Positions 34,084-44,056 are shown, counted from the stretch's first letter. The stretch is DNA of 64,000 nucleotides from an uncultured delta proteobacterium (GCA_963832165.1 CAWHTE010000011.1:256001-320000), one strand, 5' to 3'. Notes: generated by a model not told the origin, from the sequence alone. Program-made: numbers and translations.

Positions 34084-34488
34084 ATGCCGACCCCCGAGCC
34101 GCCGAGCGTGTTCCACTTCGAGAAGCTGGCGTGGGACGACCCGACCTCTGCACTCGACCCGAACGCGCCCGGCATGCGCGACCTCGCGCGCACGGCGCGT
34201 GCGAGCGGCGCGCGCCGCAAGAAGATCGTGCGCGGCGAGTGTGGCTTTTTCATGAACCGCTCGGTGATGCCTGCGAACTTCCGCGTCCCGCCGCATCACC
34301 ACGACCACGACGAGCTCCTCGTCGTGCTCGCGGGCGGCTGCTCGTTCGACGACGGCCTCGCCGAGCTCGGCCCGGGCGACTCGATCGTGATCCACGCCGA
34401 CACGCACTACGGCTTCACCTGCGGCGGCGAGGGAATGGATTTCCTGACGATCCGTACCGGCGAGGCGCGCGTGACGATCGGCGGTTAA
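34084..34488 (+). CDS. Cupin domain protein
   Basis: PPHHHDHDELLVVLAGG..LGPGDSIVIHADTHYGF. Confidence 0.85.
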   Translation: MPTPEPPSVFHFEKLAWDDPTSALDPNAPGMRDLARTARASGARRKKIVRGECGFFMNRSVMPANFRVPPHHHDHDELLVVLAGGCSFDDGLAELGPGDSIVIHADTHYGFTCGGEGMDFLTIRTGEARVTIGG

Positions 34489-34514
34489 CGCGAACCGCGA
34501 TGCCTCGAGCCGAG

Positions 34515-35504
34515 CTATTCGGCAGCGTCTCGTCGGATCACGCGTTCGAACTCGTCGAGGGCAAGCGTCTCGTCGAAACGCCCGTCGCGGTCGCGGTCGT
34601 ACTGTTCCTGAACGCGACGGCCGTTCTCGTACACCGCGCGCTTGTCGATGATCGCATCGTTCGCGAAGGACCAGGTCCGCTCCTTGACATTGAATCCCGC
34701 GAACTCGCCCCATTCGTCCCGCGTACCGTCACCGTCGTTGTCGGAAGAGTACGAGCGGGGCCGGCCCTGCTCGTAGTCCTCCCAATGGTCCGCGCCTCCA
34801 TCGAAATTGGTGTCGTACCGCGCCGTTGCGATCTCCTCCGCCTTATTGAGCTCGTTCCAGCGGTCGGGCGATCCGTCCAGGTTCTCATCGTACGAGGACT
34901 CCACCATCACTCCGTCTGCCCCGTAGCGGGCCCATGCATCGGGTCGTCCATCGCGATTTCTGTCCCAGCTCGCCGGTCGACTTGCTTGCGGAGTCGACGC
35001 TTCTGTCTGCGGGGCCGGTTCCTTCCAGTACACCGTCGCAGCGAGCCCTCCGAGAATCACGCCCAGCAGGAAGGACGGCATCCGGCTCGCTCCACGCGAC
35101 GCGCTCTTCGCCTCGTCCTCGTCGTGCGCGACCCGACGCGTGGCGTGTTCACTGGTGATCAGCCCCCGCGCCCGCTCCACATGCTCCGGTGCAACCTGCA
35201 CGCGCATGGAGGGCATGGTGGGCGGCAGCTCGCCCAGGGCTCCCTGGAGCGGCTCCCCGGCAACGTGCGCCGCGATGTCGTCCTGCTCGAGCAGCGACCG
35301 GATCAGGTGCGCCTGGATGCGATCCGACGTCTCGTAGACGGTCTCGAGCTCGCGGTAGGTCGGCCGCGGCTTCGGTGGGGCCTCGCCGTGGCGCAACCGA
35401 CTACCGCAGTGCGAGCAGACCTCGATGGTGTCGAGGAACTCCGCGACGAAACCGGTGCATTCGGCGTTCGGGCAGTGTCTCACGGTCTCGCACAGCCTAA
35501 CCAA
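34515..35504 (-). CDS. Zn-ribbon + DUF2007-like domain + TM + tandem Dx[DN]xDGxxD repeat protein
   Basis: CPNAEC..CSHCG; AHLIRSLLEQDDIAAHV..RVQVAPEHVERAR; TM FLLGVILGGLAATVYW; about six repeats such as DRNRDGRPDAW. Confidence 0.7.
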   Translation of the reverse strand: MVRLCETVRHCPNAECTGFVAEFLDTIEVCSHCGSRLRHGEAPPKPRPTYRELETVYETSDRIQAHLIRSLLEQDDIAAHVAGEPLQGALGELPPTMPSMRVQVAPEHVERARGLITSEHATRRVAHDEDEAKSASRGASRMPSFLLGVILGGLAATVYWKEPAPQTEASTPQASRPASWDRNRDGRPDAWARYGADGVMVESSYDENLDGSPDRWNELNKAEEIATARYDTNFDGGADHWEDYEQGRPRSYSSDNDGDGTRDEWGEFAGFNVKERTWSFANDAIIDKRAVYENGRRVQEQYDRDRDGRFDETLALDEFERVIRRDAAE

Positions 35505-35512
35505 TCACGGCG

Positions 35513-36584
35513 TCAACCCGCGAGATCGGCGTCGCTGAACTGATAGGCGGTCTTGAGCTCGGCGTCGCGCTTCGCGAGCAGCTTCGCGAGCGCCACCATC
35601 ACGTGGCACTGCTTCACGGTGGCGTCGTCCTGCATCTTGCCTTCGATCATCACGCAGCCGGAGCCATCGCCCATCTGCGAGATCACCTTCTTCGCCCAGA
35701 GCACCTCGTCGACGGGCGGGCTGAACACCTTCTTCGCGATCGCGACCTGCGACGGGTGCAGGCTCCACGCGCCGACGCAGCCGAGCAGGAACGCCGCGCG
35801 GAACTGGTCCTCGCACGCGAGCGGATCGTCGATCGCGCCGAACGGGCCGTAGTAGGGATAGATGCCGTGCGCGGTGCACGCGTCGACCATGCGCGCGAGC
35901 GTGTAGTGCCACGGGTCCTGCTGCGCGGTGACGCGCGGCGCGTCGGCGTTCTTCGGATCCGGGTCGGTGCGCACGAGGTACTGCGGATGACCGCCTCCGA
36001 CGCGCGTGGTCTTCATGCGCCGGCTCGCGGCGAGGTCCGCGGGACCGAACGAGAGACCCTGCATGCGCGGGCTCGCGCCGCAGATCTCCTCGACGTTGAT
36101 CACGCCCTGGTGCGTCTCGAGGATCGCGTGGATCAGGAGCGGCTTCGTGAGCCCGGCCTTCGCCTCGAGCTGCGCGAGCAGCTGGTCGACGTAGTGGATG
36201 TCCCAGGGGCCCTCGACCTTCGGGATCATGATCACGTCGAGCACGTCGCCGATCTCCCCCACCAGGGTCGTGAGGTCGTCGAGCAGCCACGGGCTGTCGA
36301 GCGAGTTGACGCGCGTCCAGAGCTGACAGTCGCCGAAGTCGACCGTGCGGCCGACCTTCGCGAGGCCCTCGCGCGCGGCGACCTTGTTGTCGGTCTGGAT
36401 CGCGTCCTCGAGGTTGCCCAGCAAGCACGTCGCACTGCTTCGCGAGATCCGGGAGCTTGGCGACCATCTTCGGATTCGAGGCGTCGAAGAAGTGGATCAT
36501 GCGCGACGGACGGAACGGGATCTCGCGCAGCGGCGTCGGGGCGCCGATCGCCTTGGGCCGGAAGAAATCCTTGGCGCTGCGCAT
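35513..36584 (-). CDS. mcl: Malyl-CoA/beta-methylmalyl-CoA lyase (CitE/HpcH family, Chloroflexus Mcl-like); frameshift near 36425
   Basis: [85 protein letters not shown]. Confidence 0.85.
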
Positions 36585-36586
36585 GG

Positions 36587-36812
36587 TCACCCCTGCTCGT
36601 ACAGCTTGATGACCTGAACCGCACCCGGAGGCGCGGCCTGGATGCACAGGTCGCACAGCGTGCACTCGTCGAGATTCTCCTCGACGATCCTCACGCCGCT
36701 GGTCGTCGCCTCGAAGATGTCGACGGGGCACGCCTCCTCGAGCTTCTTCGCGAGCGCAGCATCGGCCGCGTGAGCTCGGCGAGACGGCGACGTCGATGAA
36801 CAGTCCGGGCAT
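36587..36812 (-). CDS. Small ferredoxin-like protein (single 4Fe-4S cysteine set); frameshifted near 36770-36785
   Basis: Manual translation gives MPGLFIDVAVS...AALAKKLEEACPVDIFEATTSGVRIVEENLDECTLCDLCIQAAPPGAVQVIKLYEQG*; it is not in the ORF track. Confidence 0.75.
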
Positions 36813-37725
36813 CAGCGGGCCTTCGCCGCGTCAGCCGCTTGCGCAGCAGCGCCGGGATCTCCTCGATCCGCTCCGCGACCGAGATCCCGGCTGCCTCCAT
36901 GCGCGCGATCTTCTCGCTCGTCGTGTCTTCCTTGCCCTCGACGATCGTGCCCGCGTGGCCGAAGCGCATGCCCTTCATCTCGTCCATGAAGCGCCCGGCC
37001 ATGAACGCGACGATCGGCAGCCGCGAGCGGTGCTCTGCGACCCACTCGGCGAGCTCGGCTTCCATGCGTCCGCCGGGCTCGGAGTAGATCGCGATCGCGC
37101 GCGTCTCGGGGTCGGCCTCGTAGAGCGGCATCAGCTCGGCGTAGGTCGTGCCCACGATCGCATCGCCGCCGATCGACACACAGGTGGATTGGCCGAGTCC
37201 GGCCGCGGTGAGCGTGCTCGCGATCTCCGTGGTCATGCCGCCCGAGCGCGACATCACGCCGATCGGACCCTTCGAGTAGGCCTGGCGCGTGTTGGCCGCG
37301 GGTCCGCCGACGCCGCCCATCTTCGCCTCGCCCGGCGAGATGATGCCGAGGCAGTTCGGGCCGATGATGCGCGCACCGCGCAGCGCCGCGAGCTCGACCA
37401 TCTGCGCCACTTCCCTGCGCGGAATGTTCTCGGTGACGATCACGATCAGCTTCACGCCGTTCTCGAGCGCTTCGAACGCGGCGTCGCGCACGAAGTTCGG
37501 CGGCACCGAGATGATCGAGCCTTCGACCGCGCCGTGCTTGGCCACCACGTCGCGCACCGAGTCGTAGACGGGCACGCCGTAGATGTCGCGACCCGCGCGG
37601 CCCGGCGTGACGCCGCCGACGATCTTCGCACCGTAGTCCAGGTTTTCGCGCGTGAGATTCACGGCCTCGCGGCCCGTGATGCCCTGCACGATGAAGCGCG
37701 TGTCCTTCGAGATCAGGATCGTCAC
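36812..37725 (-). CDS. sucD: Succinate/malate-CoA ligase alpha subunit (SucD/MtkB-like); probable 1-nt error near the 3' end
   Basis: IVQGITGRE, GGVTPG, IIGPNCLGII, SRSGGMT, SIGGD, phospho-His RFGHAG; TGATG junction with the ferredoxin at 36812. Confidence 0.88.
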
Positions 37726-38930
37726 GCGCGGGCTCCGAACGCCGCGACCGCGCGGCCCGCCGCCTCGTACATCGACACGCTGCGGTCGCAGTAGGGCACG
37801 CCGTACTTCGCGAGGATCTTGAAGCCGTCATTCTCCCAGGAGCCCGGGATCCGGAAGATCGCGATCGCCTGCGCGGGATCGCGGCCCATCTCGATGCAAC
37901 CCTTGATCACGCCGCGCGCGACGATGTCCACGCGCGTGTTCGAGACCACGTTCATCATCACGGCGATCTTCTCGACGCCGGGCTTGGCGAGGATCAGCTT
38001 CGTGAGCTCGCATACCTTCTTCACCGACGGGTTGCCGCCGATCTCGCAGTAGTTGGCGGGCTTGCCCCCGTGCACGCGCACGGCGTCGAAGAGCGTGAGC
38101 GACCCGCCGCCCGCGCCGATCACGAGGCCGAGGTTGCCGTCGAACTCCACCACGTTGCCCGCGACGCCGCGGTGATCCGTCTCGTTCACCTTGCGCCCCG
38201 CGATCTCGAACGGGGTCGGGGGGCGCGCCTGGCGCGTCTCTTCCTCGCCGATCCCGAGCTCGGTCAGCAGCGCCGCGTGCTTGCCGCGCGCCTCGGCTTC
38301 GAGGTCGACGTGCCCATCGAGCACGATGAAGCGGCCGTCCTCGAGCTTTGCCAGCGGATTGATCTCGGCGAGCGTGAGGTCGTAGTCGAGGAAGAGCTGG
38401 ATCAGCTCGAACACGATCGGCGTGAGCCGGTTGAGCTCGTTGCCCGTGACGCCGACGGCGCCGACCGCTTCCTTCGCGATGCGCGGCGAGAGCGGCAGGA
38501 TCGTCGAGAAGTGGGTCTTCGAGACGTGGTCGGGGTGCTTCTCGGCGACCTCCTCGATGTCGATCCCGCCCATGTCGCTGAACAGCACGACGGGCTTCTT
38601 CGCGCGCCCGTCCCACGTCACCGATACGAAGTACTCCTGCGCGATCGCCGACTTCTCCTCGACGAGCACCGAGCGCGCGCGTTGACCATTGACGAGGATC
38701 GGCATGATCGCGTCGAAGTGCGCAGCCGCCTCGTCGGGCGAGCTCGCGAACTTCACGGCGCCCGCCTTCATGCGCCCGCCCGAGAGCACCTGGCTCTTGA
38801 GCACGACGGGCGTGCCGATCTCCTCGGCGGCAGCGCGCGCGCCGGCCGCGCTCATCGCGATCCGGCTCTTCGCGAGCGGCAGGCCGCGCTTTGCGAACAG
38901 CGCCTTCGATTCGTATTCGTAGAAACGCAT
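37722..38930 (-). CDS. sucC: Succinate/malate-CoA ligase beta subunit (SucC/MtkA-like)
   Basis: MRFYEYESK, VLKSQVLSGGRMKAG, GGIDIEEVA, EINPL, GKPANYCEIGG. Confidence 0.88.
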   Translation of the reverse strand: MRFYEYESKALFAKRGLPLAKSRIAMSAAGARAAAEEIGTPVVLKSQVLSGGRMKAGAVKFASSPDEAAAHFDAIMPILVNGQRARSVLVEEKSAIAQEYFVSVTWDGRAKKPVVLFSDMGGIDIEEVAEKHPDHVSKTHFSTILPLSPRIAKEAVGAVGVTGNELNRLTPIVFELIQLFLDYDLTLAEINPLAKLEDGRFIVLDGHVDLEAEARGKHAALLTELGIGEEETRQARPPTPFEIAGRKVNETDHRGVAGNVVEFDGNLGLVIGAGGGSLTLFDAVRVHGGKPANYCEIGGNPSVKKVCELTKLILAKPGVEKIAVMMNVVSNTRVDIVARGVIKGCIEMGRDPAQAIAIFRIPGSWENDGFKILAKYGVPYCDRSVSMYEAAGRAVAAFGARA

Positions 38931-39031
38931 GGGGGGAGTTCTAAGTATGCGAACGCTAATGCGATTCGGGTCGTGTCGCAAGGCGCGCGCGCTCAAGCGC
39001 GCGCGGCGTCCGGTCGAGTAGCCTCGCGCTC

Positions 39032-39853
39032 ATGGCGTTCCGATCCCGGCTCCCGCTGCTCCTCGTCCTTGCGCTCCTGGCCTGTGCCGGATCGCCCGAC
39101 CGCGCGCCGTACTCGGTGATGGAGGGTGTCCGTTATGCGGGCGCCCACGACGCGCGCGAGGGTGACTTCTATCGCCCCGCCGGCGCCGGTCCGTGGCCCG
39201 CGGTGGTGCTGATCCACGGCGGAAGCTGGCAGCGGGGGTCGCGCGCCTACATGGAGAAGTACGCGCGCCGCTTCGTAGACGCGGGCTACGCCGTCTTCAA
39301 CGTCGACTATCGCCTCGCGCCCGGTCATCGATATCCGGCCCAGCTCGACGACGTACGCGCGGCGTTCGGCTGGCTCCACGCGCATGCGCGCTCACTCGGG
39401 GTCGAGCCGGATCGCATCGCGGTGATGGGTTATTCGGCCGGCGCGCACCTCGCGCTGCTCCTCGGCTTCAGCGACGCCGCAGGCGCGCCGCGGCCGCGCG
39501 CCGTGGTGGCGGGCGCGGCCCCGTCCGATCTGACCGGTTATCCGGACAGTTCCGTGCTCGCCGCGCTGATCGGCGGGACGGGCTTCGAGCTTCCTGATGT
39601 GTACGCCGAGGCGTCGCCGATCTTCCACGTCTCGTCCGACGATCCGCCCGTGCTGCTCTACCACGGAGCGCTCGATTGGATCGTGGACGTGGAGCAGTCG
39701 CGCCGGCTCCAGGCGAAGCTGCACGCCGTGGGCGTCACGGCGGAGCTGTTCGAGGAGCCGTGGGCCGGGCACGGGACCGCGTTCCTGATCGACGCCGACT
39801 CGTTCCGCGCCGCGCTCGCGTTCCTGGCGGAGCAGATGCCGCCAGGTCCCTAG
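39032..39853 (+). CDS. Alpha/beta hydrolase (esterase/lipase), probable lipoprotein
   Basis: LLAC lipobox, IHGGSW, GYSAG nucleophile elbow, HGALD, GH. Confidence 0.88.
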   Translation: MAFRSRLPLLLVLALLACAGSPDRAPYSVMEGVRYAGAHDAREGDFYRPAGAGPWPAVVLIHGGSWQRGSRAYMEKYARRFVDAGYAVFNVDYRLAPGHRYPAQLDDVRAAFGWLHAHARSLGVEPDRIAVMGYSAGAHLALLLGFSDAAGAPRPRAVVAGAAPSDLTGYPDSSVLAALIGGTGFELPDVYAEASPIFHVSSDDPPVLLYHGALDWIVDVEQSRRLQAKLHAVGVTAELFEEPWAGHGTAFLIDADSFRAALAFLAEQMPPGP

Positions 39854-40958
39854 GCGTAGTGGCTGCGCCGCTTCACCGCGATCCGGCGCTCGAGCTCGAA
39901 GATCGGCACTTTCTTCCAGCCCGCCGGCGCGTCGGCGCTCGCGGGCGCGCCCTCGGCCTTCGAGAACTTGTGGCCGTAGAGCATCGCTTCGACCACGCCG
40001 AGATCGGGGCGGCCCGGGAAGTCGCGCACCGCGCGGATCTCGGTGGCCGCGAACACCGTGTCGCCCGCGAACAGCGGCGCCGTGTGGCGCCCCGTCGGAT
40101 AGGCGATGTCGCCGAGCGCGTTGTCGCCGACGTCGGGTGACGAGAGCCCGAGGCACAGCGTGAACGGGATGCCGCCGAACACGATCAGCTGGCCACCCAC
40201 GTAGCGCTCCGGGTCCTGGTCGATCATGAACTGGTTGCAGTGCACCTGACTCGTGTTGTCGAGCACCGCAGTGAGATGGATGTGCTCGCTCGTCATCGTG
40301 CGGCCGCGCGAGTGCTCGATGCGCGTGCCGGGCTCGAAGTCTTCGAAGTAGCTGTCGTGGCTCGAGAGGTGGGCCATCGACTTGTAGTCGGTCGACGGGT
40401 CGTAGGCCGGCAGCCAGAGCTCGCACTCGATCGCATCGGGCGCGGCCTCGCCCGGATGCAGCTCGGCCGCGGGGTCGCGCTTGAACACGTCCACTTTGCG
40501 CTGCCACGTCATCACGACTTCTTCCCGAGGGCCCGACGTTCTTGCGCGCGGTGGATTGCACGTGGACGATCCCGAGGTTCGGGATCCTTGCGGTGCGGAA
40601 CCACCGACAGGACCTTCGTCTCGACCTCGATCGTGTCGCCCACGTAGACGGGCGCACCGAAGCGCATGTCGACGTACTCGCGGTTCGTGCGCGCGTTCTC
40701 CGAGACGTCCTCGACGGTCTGGCTGAACGCCACGAGCATCGCGAGTCCGGGCGGCACCACGAGCCCTTCGAACCCGTACGCGCGCGCATAGCGCGCGTTC
40801 TTCGCGAGCGGGTTCGCGGTCATCGCGAACTCGGTGAAGGTCGTGAACAGGCCTTCGGTGATCGTCTTGCCGCCCTTGTGGCGGAACATCTGGCCCGGGC
40901 GGAAATCCTCGAGGAAGTTCCCGGTCAGCTTGCGGATCGTGCGTTGGGTGGAGGTCAC
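39850..40958 (-). CDS. mch: Double hot-dog MaoC dehydratase, mesaconyl-C1-CoA hydratase-like; frameshifts near 40520-40580
   Basis: Two MaoC halves (GNFLEDFRPGQ..FSQTVEDVSENARTNREY..PVYVGDT and YFEDFEPG..HSRGRT..PLFAGDT) joined across frameshifts. Confidence 0.72.
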
Positions 40959-40977
40959 GGGGCTGCCAATCTAGCAG

Positions 40978-41682
40978 CTAGCGGTCCCGGGCCGGACAGT
41001 CGTCGCCGAGAGGGCAACGCAGAACGCGCTGCCCGCGACACGCGAGCGCGCCGAGGCGCTCGAGCGCGGCCTCGACGTCGATCGGCGCGAGGTCGGGCGC
41101 GTGGTGCGCGCACGCCGCGCGCAGCGCCGCGGGCTCGCCCTCGAGGTCTTCGGATTCGGCGAGCAGGCCGAGGTCGATCGCAGCCGCGCGCGCGGACTCG
41201 GCCAAGGGCGCCTCGCGCGCGGCCGACCACACGTCGCGCAGCGGGCGCAGGAAACGCAGCACGGTGGCGCTTCCGAGCCCGGGCGAGAGCGCGGCGAGCT
41301 GGCCTCCCAGCGACTCGAGGCCGTCGGTCGGCGCGGCGAGCGCGTCGAGGTCGCCGCGGTGGCGCTCGCACAGCGACGTCGCGGCGCGACACAGCACGAC
41401 CGCCACCGCTTCGGGTCGAGGCAGGCCTCCCGCGCCCAGCGCCGCGGCCACCCGCGCCGGCCCGGCCGCTGCGAGCGAATCGGGCGCCGGGCCCGGGTCG
41501 CCGGCGAGGTGCGCGAACGCGGTGAGCGCGACCTCCTCTTTCACGCGTTCCGAGAGCAGCCGTGCGAGCACGAGCCAGCCCCAGCGATCGGCCCCGTCCG
41601 CGACGTCGAGACCCGCCCGCGCGGCGGGGTGCGGCCCGAGCTCCTCGTGCGCACGGCGAACGAGCTCACCGACGCGGCTCAT
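40978..41682 (-). CDS. Hypothetical protein, HhH-GPD/endonuclease III-like fold
   Basis: WLVLARLLS.., PGLGSATVLRFLRPLRDVW HhH-like segment, C-terminal Cys cluster. Confidence 0.55.
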   Translation of the reverse strand: MSRVGELVRRAHEELGPHPAARAGLDVADGADRWGWLVLARLLSERVKEEVALTAFAHLAGDPGPAPDSLAAAGPARVAAALGAGGLPRPEAVAVVLCRAATSLCERHRGDLDALAAPTDGLESLGGQLAALSPGLGSATVLRFLRPLRDVWSAAREAPLAESARAAAIDLGLLAESEDLEGEPAALRAACAHHAPDLAPIDVEAALERLGALACRGQRVLRCPLGDDCPARDR

Positions 41683-41749
41683 AGCCAAAGGCCTTCGCCG
41701 CGTGCTACAACGATCGGCCGTTCCCCGTTTTGCCGACAGGACCCACCCA

Positions 41750-42910
41750 ATGCCCCGAGCCTACTCCATTACTGCTGAAGCGATCGCCGCCGAGCGGCAG
41801 CGCGTGAATGACGACCTCAACCAGTTCGACATCGCCAGCGTGATCCGGCTCGACGAGGTCGCACTGCGCAAGCTCGGCCCCAGCGACGTGCGGCTGCGCA
41901 TCCTCGCGGTGTCGGCCGAGCACAACGTCGACCACGCCGCGCTCGCCGACACGATGAACATCGCCGAGGCGCGCGGCGGAAAGATCTATCCGGGCAACAG
42001 CGCGGTGGGCGAGGTGATCGCGGTCGGCGACCAGGTGAAGCGCTTCAAGGCGGGCGACGTCGTCATCACCCACTGCAACGGCGAGCCCGACAACTACGGG
42101 TACCCGCTGCGGATCTGGGCCTACGATCAGCCCGAATCGATCGGCTGGTACGGCGAAGAAGCCGTCGTTGCCGACTGGCAGATCATCCCCGCGCCGCTCG
42201 CTTGCGGTCTGAATCTCTGGGAGATTGCGGCGCTTCCGCTGCGCGCGCCCACCGCCTATCACTTGTGGCGGCGCGCGCTCGGCATCTACCGGCTCAAGGT
42301 CGGGCGCAGCCAGCGCGCCGTGCTCAACGTGCTCGGCTTCGGCGGCGGCGTCTCCGAGCTCTTCCTGATGCTCGCCAAGCACGAGGGCCACCGCGCGATC
42401 TTCTGCTCGGGCAGCCCGGAGCGACGCGCCCACCTCGAGTCGCTCGGGATCGAGCCGATCGACCAGAAGGCGTTCAACCGCTTCACGGGCAAGGACGACG
42501 TCAAGAACTTCAACAAGCACGTGAAGGGGATGACGGGCGGCGAGGGCGTTCAGATCGTGTGCGACATGCTGCGCGGTCCCGTGTACGCGGCGGGACTCGG
42601 CGTGCTCGCGCGCATGGGCGTGAACGTCTCCGCGGGTTGGCAGCTCGACACGGCCTGCAACTACAACTCGGCGAACCTCTCGGTGCGGCAGATCACGGTC
42701 GACCACGTCCACTACGAGACGGTCGAGGCATGCCACGCCGCCACCGAGCTCTACGGCAGCGTGTTCCGCCCCACCGTTCACCGCGAGATCTACAAGTTCG
42801 AGGATCTGCCGCGCGCGATGGCCGAGATGCACGAGAACGTCCAGACTGGCATCCCGATCGTGCGCATCGCGGAAGAGATGCCCGCGTCGGTGCGCCACCT
42901 CGTCCCCTGA
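41750..42910 (+). CDS. MDR-superfamily oxidoreductase, divergent crotonyl-CoA carboxylase/reductase-like
   Basis: AEHNVDHAAL, GNSAVGEVIAVG..GDVVITHC, RIWAYD, LWEIAA..TAY, GFGGGV; resembles the Ccr motifs NYN, IWG[FY]E and the C-terminal His. Confidence 0.7.
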   Translation: MPRAYSITAEAIAAERQRVNDDLNQFDIASVIRLDEVALRKLGPSDVRLRILAVSAEHNVDHAALADTMNIAEARGGKIYPGNSAVGEVIAVGDQVKRFKAGDVVITHCNGEPDNYGYPLRIWAYDQPESIGWYGEEAVVADWQIIPAPLACGLNLWEIAALPLRAPTAYHLWRRALGIYRLKVGRSQRAVLNVLGFGGGVSELFLMLAKHEGHRAIFCSGSPERRAHLESLGIEPIDQKAFNRFTGKDDVKNFNKHVKGMTGGEGVQIVCDMLRGPVYAAGLGVLARMGVNVSAGWQLDTACNYNSANLSVRQITVDHVHYETVEACHAATELYGSVFRPTVHREIYKFEDLPRAMAEMHENVQTGIPIVRIAEEMPASVRHLVP

Positions 42911-42922
42911 TCGGAGGAGCCG

Positions 42923-44056
42923 ATGATCGCAGGCATTCCGGCCGAGACGGCTGCGGGCGAGCGCCGCGTCGCGCTGACTCCCGACGCGGTGAAGACGCTC
43001 GTGCGCGACGGCATCCAGGTGGCCGTGCAGGCCGGTGCGGGCGACCGCGCGGGCTTCTCCGATTCCGATTACACGAGCGCCGGTGCGCGCGTCTCGCAAG
43101 GCGCGGCCGAGGCGCTCGGTGCCGATCTCGTGCTCAAGGTGGCGGCGCCCAGCGAGGCGGAGATCGCGTCGCTGCGCGAGGGCGCTGCCTACATCGGCTT
43201 CCTGCGCCCGCTCGATGCACCGCTGGTGGCCAAACGGCTCGCGGAGCGGCGCACGACTGCGTTCGCGCTCGAGCTCGTGCCGCGCATTACGCGCGCGCAA
43301 TCGATGGACGCGCTCTCCTCGCAGGCCAACCTGGCCGGCTATCGCGCAGTGCTGCTCGCGGCGCTCTCGCTGCCGCGGATCTTCCCGATGCTCGTCACCG
43401 CGGCGGGCACGATCCAGCCGGCGCGCGTGTTCGTGATCGGCGCGGGCGTCGCGGGTCTGCAGGCGATCGCCACGGCGCGCCGGCTCGGCTCGATCGTGGA
43501 GGCCTACGACACTCGCGCCGTGGTCGCGGAGCAGGTGCAGAGCCTCGGCGCGCGCTTCGTCACGCTCGACATCGACGCGGGCGACGCGCAGGACGCGGGC
43601 GGCTACGCGAAGGCGCAGACCGAGGAGTTCTACCAGAAGCAGCGCGCAGAGCTCGGCAAGAAGCTCAAGAACAGCGACGTCGTGATCACGACCGCGCTCG
43701 TGCCCGGACAGCGCGCGCCGCTGCTCGTCGACGAGGCCGCGGTGCGCGGGCTCAAGAGCGGCTCGGTGATCGTCGACCTCGCCTCCGAGAATGGCGGTAA
43801 CTGCGAGCTCACGGATCCGAACGGCCCCACGATCGCGCACGGCGTGACGATCCTGCCCGGATCCAACCTCGCGAGCGACATTCCCGCCAACGCGAGCCAG
43901 ATGTACGCGAAGAATCTCACCACCTTCGTGAAGCACCTCGCGCCGAAGGGCGAGCTGGTGGTCGACCTCGACGACGAGATCACGCGTGGCTCGATGCTCA
44001 CGAACGCGGGACAGGTCACCAACGACCGCGTGAAGGCGCTGCTCCAGTCCGCCTGA
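42923..44056 (+). CDS. pntA: NAD(P) transhydrogenase subunit alpha, soluble domain I (PntAA)
   Basis: ERRVALTP, PRITRAQSMDALSSQANLAGYRAV, GAGVAGLQAIATA, GGYAK, GGNCE, ASQMYAKN. Confidence 0.95.
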   Translation: MIAGIPAETAAGERRVALTPDAVKTLVRDGIQVAVQAGAGDRAGFSDSDYTSAGARVSQGAAEALGADLVLKVAAPSEAEIASLREGAAYIGFLRPLDAPLVAKRLAERRTTAFALELVPRITRAQSMDALSSQANLAGYRAVLLAALSLPRIFPMLVTAAGTIQPARVFVIGAGVAGLQAIATARRLGSIVEAYDTRAVVAEQVQSLGARFVTLDIDAGDAQDAGGYAKAQTEEFYQKQRAELGKKLKNSDVVITTALVPGQRAPLLVDEAAVRGLKSGSVIVDLASENGGNCELTDPNGPTIAHGVTILPGSNLASDIPANASQMYAKNLTTFVKHLAPKGELVVDLDDEITRGSMLTNAGQVTNDRVKALLQSA

